This document shows positions 26,525 to 40,900 of a stretch of 64,000 nucleotides of DNA, piece by piece (position 1 is the stretch's first letter; each line of letters starts with the position of its first letter). The notes beneath the pieces are model-generated. The model had not been told where the DNA came from. It was given only the letters and a program-made list of their open reading frames with translations, and did no database searches. A program made the position numbers and the translations under genes. Source of the DNA: Tubiluchus corallicola (taxonomy: Eukaryota > Animalia > Priapulida); NCBI GenBank assembly GCA_030141605.1, contig JAQGDQ010000898.1, forward strand, positions 18,487 to 82,486. The letters run 5' to 3'.

Positions 26525-27866
26525 AAAGACAAAGAATGACACAGCTGCACGCAGACTATTCTGTAATGGGAAAGTACCGAAACAACTGTACTTTGAATTA
26601 CAAAACGAACTTAAATCAGTCACTGTAAACTGAAAAAGCATTCACTAATTGTATTTATAGCAATCAGGGTTTAGATATTTCTCTTAGACAAAACATGGAT
26701 CATAAAACCGACACAGTAGGCTTTCAATGTTCCTCTTGCCAACGTTACACGTGTAAAACTTCATCTACAAATTTTAATTACAGCTACGCGGAGAGTGCTG
26801 TCAACAGTCGGATCACAATACGACGACAAAAGAACGGTGTAAACAAGGATCCACTATCGCTCGTATTCCACAGGTTACGTTCTAATGACTGCGACACATA
26901 ATAAATTATGATTCGTCAGTATAAAAAAGTGTTATTTCACCCACTATAAGTTGCTATAAGTTTATGGAAAATTGCTAAAACGGTTTCAAAAAGAGAACAT
27001 TCGTAGCAATTTCCAACGTGATTTTTGTCAAGAATAAGAAAATGTAATCTAGATTTGCATCTTTCTGATCCATTTTTATTCACTTCAGTTCTTTTATTTC
27101 AGGAAAAGAAGCCATAGATAGTTATTTTATTTCAGGAAAAGAAGCCATGGATAAGACTGCAAGAGCAACACAGTTCTTTAAAAGCCCTGAAAGCATCTAA
27201 ATTGGAGACTCCTCAATTTTTATCTAATTAATTACGATCACAAACCATTTGGCAGAAAAGGTAATCTTTACTACGACATGTACGCTACTGCACAGTGCCA
27301 CTACTATAATATGTGCTCACCTACTTGACAAATTGTCAAAGTTTTGCCAGACAACTAAATTCGCGTCTCAATCATTAATCAAACAGGAAGTAGAAGTAGT
27401 GATTTCAAAACGTTGCTACGCGACACGATTGAACATTGAATCTGTAGACGATAGTGACAGGTTCTCAAGAGAAGTCCTAAACATCTGTGTTCCACAAGCA
27501 ATTAACAATCCCACTCAATGTCCGAACTGCTCATCTATGTGCCCAAGTGAACACTCACATTCTCAACTGAATTTCAGCAAAAATGTTATACAAGGACGGT
27601 TTCTTTTCCCCAATTCTTTTCAGAAATGTTTGAAAAAGTTCCACATCGATGATAATTCTCCTAAAGAATGCACATGAAAATACGCCATTGCATTAGCTTT
27701 TAACGTGAGGGGGAGTGAAAGCATGATGCCCAGTCAAGGTATCTCTTTTTTCCAAGATGCCTAGGTAAACCGGAAGTAATTCTGAACGGAAAGTGCTCGA
27801 AACTAAAACGGGAACCGCGCACAAAAATCTTCCAAAGAAAGTTCACAAAACACTTCACTCTAAGAA

Positions 27867-28064
27867 AACACGTGATCTCTTTGTTCTTGTAGAAATGATA
27901 ACACGTGATCTCTTTGTTCTTTTAGAAATGATAACACGTGATCTGTTTGTTCTTTTAGAAATGATAACACGTGATCTCTTTGTTCTTTTAGAAATGATAA
28001 CACGTGATCTCTTTGTTTTTTTAGAAATGATAACACGTGATCTCTTTGTTCTTTTAGAAATGAT
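27867..28064 (+). repeat. 33-bp minisatellite (6 units), each with CACGTG
   Basis: aacacgtgatctctttgttcttttagaaatgat. Confidence 0.92.
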
Positions 28065-28654
28065 ATTCTTCGACAATGAAAATGTACTCTTCTCCACCTA
28101 AAAGAACAAGCGGGAACAAAAATGGCACTATATCCTATGAAGACGGCTGTCACTCGTTAAGATGCAACTGTCAACACAGCTTAAACGATTGCCTGCGTCG
28201 TCCTCAGCTGCTCAATGAACTGTCGTTGTCATCATCAGACGACGCTGCACGCTTGCCGAGTCACCGACGCGCATACAGCACGACTTCGCGTAATGGTCCG
28301 TGGCCGCGCGGAAAGAAGCCAATTATTCCGAATGTCAGCGATGTTGATTACTGAGAAAAGGGCTTCAATTTTCAACGCTCAGTCGATTATATGACTCTGT
28401 TGATTTGATATTAAGCAGTGCATAGAGCACGATGATCCTATGGGGACAGTAGACCACTAAGGAAATTTGCTATCATAATCATATCAGCACGCAATCATTC
28501 AAAACCAAAACTAACGTCACAAACTGACTGACGAAATCGGTTATTATGATCTATCACAATATTTTTTTAAATTTTCGAGGTTTTAAGGAAACATTGAGTA
28601 ATGAAGAAACAAATATGAAAAGAACAAAAATTTCACAGCTAGTGACCCCACCTG

Positions 28655-29138
28655 CAGGGCCTATTTCAGGCTAGACGAGGCCCGGGGAAGTAGGGCATGT
28701 GAGGCCCCATGGGGGGGGGGCCGTCGCTACCATGGTTGGCGCCGAGAAAATTTTTGAACTGCTAGAACGCCGGAGAAGCATTTTCGAAGAGAAAATATGG
28801 AGTTATACAGTTGTTAAAGGAAAGAACAATTGACAGAAAAACTGCTTTATTCTCAAGACCAGTCCTTAATACTTGTCAATACTTGACCTTTTAATGATAG
28901 ATGGTAGTAACGAATTGTTTCTGGTCTGTAGGTCAAATGTGTTCTTCTGGACGTCATACTAAAGGTACTGTGAGAAAGCGGGCTGCTTTTTCGAACTACC
29001 ATCGTTGTGGATGAAATGTTGGCACTGTATTTATATAGACCAAATCGTAAAATTGCTAGAAGACACAGGCGTACACCAGTGTATGAAGTATTGCAGTAAA
29101 GACCATTGTACGATGAAAAGTGTGAGAGTGGGGAGTGA

Positions 29139-29196
<58 letters not shown>

Positions 29197-29303
29197 GCAG
29201 TATGTTCGCATAAAGCAAAAAAATGTTACCTTCGCGCGAGGCCCCCCTGGAGGGTGAGGCCCCGGGGAAGTATCCCCACTTCCCCCCCTTGAAATAGGCC
29301 CTG
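28655..29303 (+). mobile_element. hAT-type non-autonomous element, family A
   Basis: TIR CAGGGCCTATTTCA; perfect 8-bp TSD CCCACCTG (28647-28654 / 29304-29311); internal (GA)n. Confidence 0.88.
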
Positions 29304-29420
29304 CCCACCTGAACAGAAGATTTGCGTCTTCACATGAAGTTTTGCTAAAGGCAAACATTTATTTTGACTGACCAATAATTACATTCTTCATTACAATGTT
29401 AATGCAATGGGGGTTAATAA

Positions 29421-29695
29421 GACCAGACTGCATAGTCTAGTGGTAACGTGTCTGCTTTCCGTCTGGGAGGTCGTGAGTTCAATACTGCGGCCGAATAAAA
29501 CAAGAGACTTTGAGAAATGGTACCCGTCGTTGCCCTGCTTGGCGAGAAATATTTATGGTAAAAGTGGGGCAATAATAATTTCTGTTACGTAGATGTAAGT
29601 TTGTTATTTACAATCGGTGATAAAAGCCTCATGGCCTACTTGTGCTGGCAGTTGAATTTAAAACTGACTTTAGATAAGTTTATTGTTATTATTAC
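29421..29695 (+). mobile_element. Degenerate tRNA-derived SINE
   Basis: A-box-like tagtctagtggtaa and B-box-like gagttcaatac, then a body aaatggtaccc...ccctgcttggcg and a (TTA)n-like tail. Confidence 0.55.
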
Positions 29696-30098
29696 GTAAT
29701 TAATTGCGCTTGCGAAGTACCGAAACAAAGCTACATTGAATCACTGATGAAAAGATCCAGCAAAAAAGGTTGACACATTAGGGGTGTGGAATAAACAACA
29801 GCAAAAAGCTAGCCCCTCGATAGATATACCAATCCCATTACTACGAAAATATCCAATCATTACTGATGCCAGGTCACGAAACGCCACCTCCACACGTAGA
29901 GGAGTAGTCTAAATTATTCGAAGCTCAGTGAAGAGAAGTAATTATTATTACTCTTTTTATTATATAAATGTACATATATACAATTCCCTCTATTTGTAGG
30001 ATAGTCGTTTTACATGCGTTTACTGTTATGACATTATATTATAAAATATTTTCCTCTACAAGATTATTAGTAATGTTTCAATTAATGTTTCAAGACTA

Positions 30099-30439
30099 TT
30101 AACCCTTTCATACCCGTTGTATCCCGTGGGATACGAGAATATTTTCTGCCTTTAAAATTAATAAAATTTTAAAACTGACAGTTATTTGATCTGTTAATAG
30201 TTATTTTGATTTAAGCCAATAACAATAGACTAAAAATAGTGATAAAATGGCAAACTAGAAAATCTGCATAGCATAAAAAACTGCGCAAGGTACAGTACTT
30301 TAGAGACGACTTTGTACAGATCAGCACAGCATGCATACTAAATGTCTTAAATACTTTAAAAAATTATGAGCAGTTGCAAAATGAAGCACATTTTTTGCTT
30401 TTGTTGTGTTTTTAAAAAAGTCGGGACTGAAAGGGTTAA
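30099..30439 (+). mobile_element. piggyBac-like MITE copy 6 (internally deleted)
   Basis: Both TIRs and TTAA sites intact; interior jumps from ...aaagtcgg to ggactgaaaggg. Confidence 0.88.
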
Positions 30440-32040
30440 GACTATATCACATAAGGTTATGTCATTTTAGATATAGATGACTCTCAGAATAGGCATTTAT
30501 ATATATATAAATATATACAAGAGGAGTAACGTAGAGAACACACGTGACTGATGGCAGGGGATGAACAACCAGAGTTTTTACTCTCACTAGAGAATCAATA
30601 ACGGTTGAAGAAAGGCTTAATTTGTATTTGTACTCGGAAAGGAATAAATGCATGTCACGTAAGACTTGCAGAGGCAGTGTCAATATTTGCAGAATTACGC
30701 TGAACACGCGCAAATGGCGTGACGTCACTTCCGAATCCCAATCCGGTTTCAGCACAGCGCGTGAAATCATTGAAGTCTGTAAAGTTTGAGAAATTACAAC
30801 TTTACAAAACTGAGAGCGTGAGAGAGTGAGAACTGTTTAGCAGTTTGAAAATGTAAGTGGTCATCAGCGTGTCTCCAACATGAAAAATACATCAAAAATG
30901 TTCGAAGCCATCATAATATCCAAGAGCCAAGATTGTCTCTAGGCACATAATAGTTATCTGCGTCTTCCATCTAGAGAAGGAACTACGCCTATAGTTGAAA
31001 AGGCAAAGAGTTGAAAGGTAAAGAAAAACATCCCAATCGGGGGTTTCAATCCAAGTTTGAGTTTAGGGCCTATTCCTCACAAGTCAGACATTCCTTCAGC
31101 TGGGTCAACTCATTGTTAAGCCTACGAGAGGTTCCATTGTTAAAGCACCTACCCTCCTGAACACACATTTGATTTCAATACCAACTGTATAACTATATTT
31201 TTCAAGACAGAAGAAACATGGTGCTTTCATTTAGAAGTTAGAATTAGCTATATCTTTTTCACACTTCGCGAGTTTTGCACCACAATCAGCTTGCAATAAT
31301 AACTTAATCATAGTTCATTAGCTATGTCCTGGGAGTCCTTTGTGTATTAGCAGTCGTTCTATACTCTTATACCTAGCAGTTGTCACAACTCCTATAGCCC
31401 AGGTGTAACTTAGATTCTTATAGACACTGGGCAGGCAGAATTCTGAAGAAAAAGAAATCTGTTCTGGACAGACGAAATCAGTTTGTGCGTTTCTTTCACA
31501 TTGGGCAGTATAGTACAGGCAATTTCGGACTTTACGCGACAATCAACATACATTAATAAATCATAATCACAAGTCATTAGTTACGTCTTAAGAGTCTTTT
31601 GTATCTTAGACAATCCAAGATACACCTGTGGTATAAGAGTTCAGACAACAGCTTAATAAGCTAGGATCGTTTAACGACCCGAGATGAAAGTCAAAACGCG
31701 AGAATGAAGCCAAACTGCACCGCACCACCTACAATGTATTGTCACTATAAATAGATAGATATAGTCTATTCTTTGAGGACATAGTTCACGTAAGGTTTCA
31801 TACAATATAAAATTTTTAGACGCCACATAACATAAAAATTACAATAAACGTACAGTGTTTCTATACATTTTTAAAAAGCTACTGCCACAAGACATAATAA
31901 AAATGGAGGTGTTTTATGCATGGAATAATATACACAGTATTTGTAGTAGCAGTAACGCGGAATAGCCAAACGGTCATGGTCGCGAATTTGGTTATGAATT
32001 TAAACACAGGCTTGTTTAAAAGTATATCTAATCGTTCAAT

Positions 32041-32543
32041 GGTTGGTTGGCATCCTTCTGTTTCGGAAGACAATGGAGTGTGCGCCAAGAGAGTCATTGA
32101 TCACATTGATGGAGCTGCAGCGTTGACTGTGGCTGAGCAGTCCGATCTTTGAACGTCTCCAGGGCGCACGCCTGTGCAAGGTGTATGGAGAACCCCCTCT
32201 CTTCCTCGCTGGTGTAGTCCAAAGGAAAGCGGAGCGATACGTTTGGCACCAGGTTGGCTGCAGGAGCTGCCGGAGTCAGTGAGCATGCTGCACTGGTCTG
32301 TCTTCGGGGCTCCACTCCTGATTTGGAAGGTTTACTCCTCTACACATGGCCGTTGGATCACTTGACCTCCTCCGCCCTCTAGCCGTTGGCTGCCTTGTGC
32401 AGCTCCTCCGCCTAGTGTCGAGATACAGTGTGGGCATCCCGCAAGCCTACAGCACCTGGTATTCCTAGGCGGTCACCCATCCAAGTACTAACCAGGCTCT
32501 ACGTTGCTTAACTTCGGTGATCAGACTGTAGTGTTCATACTGA
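32041..32543 (-). mobile_element. 5S rRNA-headed SINE-like element with an RTE-type bipartite body
   Basis: 5S segment, then RTE-like 5'UTR and 3' end ...ccattgtcttccgaaacagaaggatgccaaccaacc; 12-bp TSD TAATCGTTCAAT (32029-32040 / 32544-32555). Confidence 0.78.
32443..32526 (-). pseudogene. 5'-truncated 5S rRNA segment (about nt 37-120), head of the retroelement
   Basis: Reverse complement gtctgatcaccgaagttaagcaacgtagagcctggttagtacttggatgggtgaccgcctaggaataccaggtgctgtaggctt matches metazoan 5S rRNA, including internal promoter boxes A and C. Confidence 0.88.
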
Positions 32544-32721
32544 TAATCGTTCAATACTGTAGTGTTTTAAAGGACAAGAAAGCAGAATTCTTACATGCAG
32601 CTAAAAAAGTTCGTCTTGAAATTTTTCGTCATTCACTGTATACTGTGCGCAGAGCTTGTAGTATCAGTAACGCGGTACAAATCTGGTCATATTAAACTCC
32701 TTCACTGGCAGCCAGTCTCAG

Positions 32722-35699
<2,978 letters not shown>

Positions 35700-35940
35700 A
35701 GTCTCAGCCCTTTTTTTAGAAGATTCAGAACATCGTGCAAAGATCGAAAAATAATCGGAGCATTCTTGAGAGCCCCGTATGTTGGGAAAGTGAAAAATTG
35801 GGCGCCTTTATTTGGTCGGCGCAGTGCAAAAGTAGGCCTATAGAACTTCTTAGCAAAATGTCAGCCTCCTTTGATAAATGATAAAAGCTATGGTGTGTGA
35901 TAACTTTCAAAGATAAATGCGACAACGACAACACCAACGA

Positions 35941-35991
<51 letters not shown>

Positions 35992-36040
35992 TACTCTGTC
36001 CAGAACAGATTTCTTTTACTTCAGAATTCTGCCTGCCCAG

Positions 36041-36306
36041 TAGGGGTGAGCATTCTCTACCAGAAAGCGAATTCGAATCGAACCGAATTTCAGTGTTTCG
36101 AATTCGAATTAAGTAAATTACGCTAATTGCATGATGTTTCAATCGCTTTAGTGATAAAGAACATATGTGATTGAAGTGCTGAATTATTCGAATCTATAGT
36201 TTTGGATTCGAATCGAGTTCGAACTAAAAAAAACTCGTTCGAATCGAATTCGAGCGTTCGAATTCGATTCGAATGTTCGAACTCGAACGTTCGATGCTCA
36301 CCCCTA
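36041..36306. mobile_element. hAT-type MITE family C with TTCGAA-rich interior
   Basis: TIR TAGGGGTGAGCAT; perfect 8-bp TSD CTGCCCAG; an empty paralogous site lies at ~31421-31472. Confidence 0.88.
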
Positions 36307-36909
36307 CTGCCCAGTGTTTATAAAGCTGGTTAGATGGGGTTATGAATACAAATAGACACCAAGTCATAAACGTTCTCACAGCTTCAGCCAAACAAAGTAA
36401 TAACAACGTACATTTCAGAAACTCATTCCAACTTTAACAACTCTGACTATGAACACTATGAACAAGCGACCCGACAAAGGGGAAAGACATTCAACATTCT
36501 GCGAAAATTGCGAAATTTTGCCGCAAAAGTGAAAGACAGAAAAATGAGAAATGGCTTTTACTAAAACCACCATTCACACAGACAAGGATTATTGCCTTTC
36601 AGATCTGATAACAGGGCAAGAATAAGGAAAATTCAATAAATAATCTTTTAACCCAGAAAATTTATTTTATTTATTAAACCCTTATTGAACGAATTGTATA
36701 ATAATATATTTATTATTATTTTATTATTTATTTCAGCTACGTAGAGACAGTCTTAAGCCATAAAAATTCAGTAATCATAAAAAAACTATTTATAAAAACA
36801 TTAACTTACAATTTACGTAAAAATAAGAAGAGAAATCAGTTAAAATATATACAAAAGTGAGATAAACAAAAAGTACCTTATAATATAAGGATCATTTTAA
36901 ATTACACGA

Positions 36910-37015
36910 GTATATATTTTTAAATGGTGACGTATGTATATATTTTTAAATGGTGACGTATGTATATATTTTTAAATGGTGACGTATGTATATATTTTTA
37001 AATGGTGACGTATGT
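36910..37015. repeat. 26-bp minisatellite (4 units)
   Basis: gtatatatttttaaatggtgacgtat. Confidence 0.88.
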
Positions 37016-39273
37016 TAACACAATCACAAATGCCCAAGGCTTTAAGCTGTAGAAAAATGTTGTTTAATTGTGAGGTGGTAAATTTTTTATCGTTCACATA
37101 TAATTGTTAACAGAGCACGAAATTAGCTCGATGTATAAAAAAATCAACACTCATTACAATTTACAGGATGCATAATGTTCAACACAGCAATTATGTAGTT
37201 CACTGAAGTAATGTTCAACGTGCATATGGTTTATCTATTAACTAACGATATTATTCAGCGTTACCAAACTTAACTGCTACACCTAATGACGTTTAACAAA
37301 ATATTTAACACATTAGTTAACTTTTAACAATACAAATAGTTCACCCAGAAGTAAACAGCTACGGCGGAATGGTACGCGAAACTGCCCGTAGCCGCACAAT
37401 CACCCACCCACTTACTGACGAGGCTCGGCATTGCTTAACCTAGGGTACTAAGTACACACCCACACATTCTGACTAACTTAGCATGATCCCTCGTCTAATG
37501 TGGTACTGGTATCTCTTCAAAACATAAAAAATATTTTCCTGGCTTAACGGATGTTTCATAAAGCGGGTTCGCTCGAAAAAAGAACTGTGCCGACGTTTTC
37601 GCTTTGCGCATGCGCAGATTAGACTGCTCGCTCGTAGTACAGTTCATAAGCTTTGGTTTTACAGTGTGACGACGGGTGTCATTTTAAGATATTTAGTTGT
37701 GATAAATGGCGTGTTTAACTGCAGCTATTTTCGCCGTGAGCTTTCCACTTTTCTGCCAGCTATTCATTTTTACTGGCCTTGTGACATGTTTTGGCTTTTA
37801 AATAGAAGCACAGTCAGGAAGCCAGGGAGTCGAAAGTACGCCAACCTTCAGTTTTATCAAAGTACACGGTTACTTTGAGTTAGCATATTACGCTCATGTC
37901 ATGTCAGGTGCATACGTTGCATGTATTATTATCACAGAAAGCTGCTATATCAAACGGTGCAATGAGAAACTAGCAACGTTACTGTGGAAGTTGTAACTGT
38001 ATATTTTTAGGTGATGCCATCTATTGACTAATCACTTTACATTTACTAGCCAAACTCACCCCTAGTACAATTGTTCGGTCCAGTGAATATGCATACTCAC
38101 TGGATCTCCCCCTATTTTACTGTAATGGTATTTGTGAAGCCAAGTTTGCATAATTACTTCTACCTATATATACTGACTGGATTCTACTTCTAGTCACTCT
38201 CTGTCTCACTCTCAATGCAGTGCAGAAGTCATGCTAGTTGTAATACTCACGTCACTTACTGACTAACTCTCAGTGATCAGTGCAGGACACTCTGGTCCTC
38301 AGTGTGCAGTGTAGCAGTCATTCTACATATGTGTATGTAGTCTAATAAACGTTTTCAGTTTTGTGCAGATATGTAGTACAGTGTTTTATTCTTTTTCTAC
38401 AAAGTGTTCAACTACAACCTCATACATGACTTTCACAGTTACTGAGCATAGCAATGGAAGCCACTGTTTTAACTGACACTGAACTAGTAAATATAAAGAA
38501 CGAAGCCTACATCAAAAATGACCATTTACACACTAGAAGAAATTCGTTAGAATTCAAAAGTCAAGATCCAAAGATTAAGATGGCTACGACATCTTCCAAG
38601 TTTACCAAATGAAGCACCAGTAAGAATCGCCTTAAAGGAAGCCTTAAAACCTTGCAAAAACCAATTGGCAAACTAAAAACAACGTGAATAGCTAAGATAA
38701 ATAAAGTCTTCAACCAAATCTACCTTCAGGAATAAATAGTCTTCAACCAAATCTACCTTCAGGAATAAAAGAACTTGCTGTTATCTGCAGAAAGGAGTGG
38801 GTGGAATACTCTAAAAATGATAAGCCTCAATATCAACAAAAAATGTAATGGGACCTTGAAGGTTGCTACACGTTAGCATGGCAGAATGCTATTCATCACT
38901 CTTGAACGTTATTGTACCATTTAATGATCACTTTCTGTTGGCACAAGTGTTTGTGGTGTGTTACACAACAGTAGGCATTCACTGCAACTGTTTGTGGTTT
39001 GTAAACCAAACCGACAAGAGAGTGATGAAATAGCTAACAATGAATCAATAAACGAAATATCCATACAAGCAGTAGAACAAGGTAATGAAAATTCTGTAGA
39101 AGTCCTGCCCTCAGTGCAAAACAAAAATGAGTCTTGTGAAAGAAACGAACCTGACTGCGATCATGCAGATTCAGTTTTTAAATCCCCCCCCCCTAAGCAA
39201 GCAAAACAAATCGATCATGACCGAAGTTCAAGCGAAAACGTTCAATTTTCGCCACAACAAAGTATAAACAGAG

Positions 39274-39743
39274 TTAACCCTTTCAGTCCCAAATTATTTT
39301 TTTAATAAGAAAATTTTTTTTGGCTTGGTACTTTTATTCAGTATGTCCATCTTGTTTACACATAATAATTATTTTTTTCTACCTGTGCCCGCATGCTAAA
39401 TATATCCCGCATCCCACGGGATACATAGGGATTCAATGGAAGCACAAAATGTGCTTCATTTTGCAACTGCTGATGATTTTTTAAAGTATTTAAGACATTT
39501 AGTATGCACGCTATGCTGATCTGTACAAAGTCGCCTCTAAACTACTGTACCTTGCGCAGTTTTTTTTATGCTGTGTAGATTTTCTAGTTTGTCATTTTAT
39601 CACCATTTTTAGTCTCTTGTTACTGGCTTAAATCAAAATAACTATTAACAGATCAAATAACTGTCAGTTTTAAAATTTTATTAATTTTAAAGGCAGAAAA
39701 TATTCTCGTATCCCACGGGATACAACGGGCATGAAAGGGTTAA
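39274..39743 (-). mobile_element. piggyBac-like MITE copy 7
   Basis: TTAA-CCCTTTCAGTCCC ... GGGCATGAAAGGG-TTAA. Confidence 0.9.
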
Positions 39744-39994
39744 AAGTATAAACATAAGTTAGTGATAAACAAATAAATAAAATAACACGAACAGCACCGG
39801 ATTATGACCTTTTCGGGCACCTAGGCTAACGACATTATGGTGCCCCTCCACAGAGGCCCTTTATCGCAAATAAGGGGCTACAAACAGAGCCAACTTTTTA
39901 AAAATTGGGTTTTCAGACGCCAGGGCCTCCTTTTTGAATATTTTCAAAAAAAATATTTGAAAATATTTTAGCAGGGCCTCAGAAATCTTGAGAA

Positions 39995-40014
39995 GCAGTA
40001 GCAGTAGCAGTAGC

Positions 40015-40088
<74 letters not shown>

Positions 40089-40095
40089 CAGCAGC

Positions 40096-40145
<50 letters not shown>

Positions 40146-40182
40146 CGGCAGCGGCAGCGGTAGCAGTAGCAGTAGCAGTAGC

Positions 40183-40265
<83 letters not shown>

Positions 40266-40356
40266 CAGTAGTAGCAGTAGTAGTAGTAGCAGTAGCAGTA
40301 GCAGTAGCAGTAGCAGTAGCAGTAGTAGTAGTAGTAGCAGTAGCAGTAGCAGCAGC

Positions 40357-40442
<86 letters not shown>

Positions 40443-40600
40443 CAGTAGCAGCAGCAGTAGTAGCAGTAGTAGTAGCAGTAGCAGCAGCAGTAGCAGTAGC
40501 AGCAGCAGTAGTAGCAGTAGCAGCAGCAGTAGTAGCAGTAGCAGCAGCAGTAGCAGTAGCAGCAGTAGTAGTCATTGTCGTCGTAGTAGTAGTAGTAGTA
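39995..40600. repeat. (AGC)n/(AGT)n compound trinucleotide microsatellite
   Basis: Directly visible. Confidence 0.95.
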
Positions 40601-40664
40601 GACATCATGTAGAAGAAATTCTGAAATAAACACAGCTTAATGCATTCGATTGTTTTACCGAATA

Positions 40665-40900
40665 TAGTAATAAAGTGGTAAAACAGTAGTAGTTGTCTTG
40701 ATGAACAAACGTAGCAGTAAAGTGGTAAAACAGTAGTACTTGTCTTGATGAACAAACGTAGTAGTAAAGTGGTAAAACAGTAGTACTTGTCTTGATGAAC
40801 AAACGTAGTAGTAAAGTGGTAAAACAGTAGTAGTTGTCTTGATGAACAAACGTAGTAGTAAAGTGGTAAAACAGTAGTAGTCGTCTTGATGAACAAACGT
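40665..40900. repeat. 47-bp minisatellite (5 units)
   Basis: Period 47 (40672 to 40719). Confidence 0.88.
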
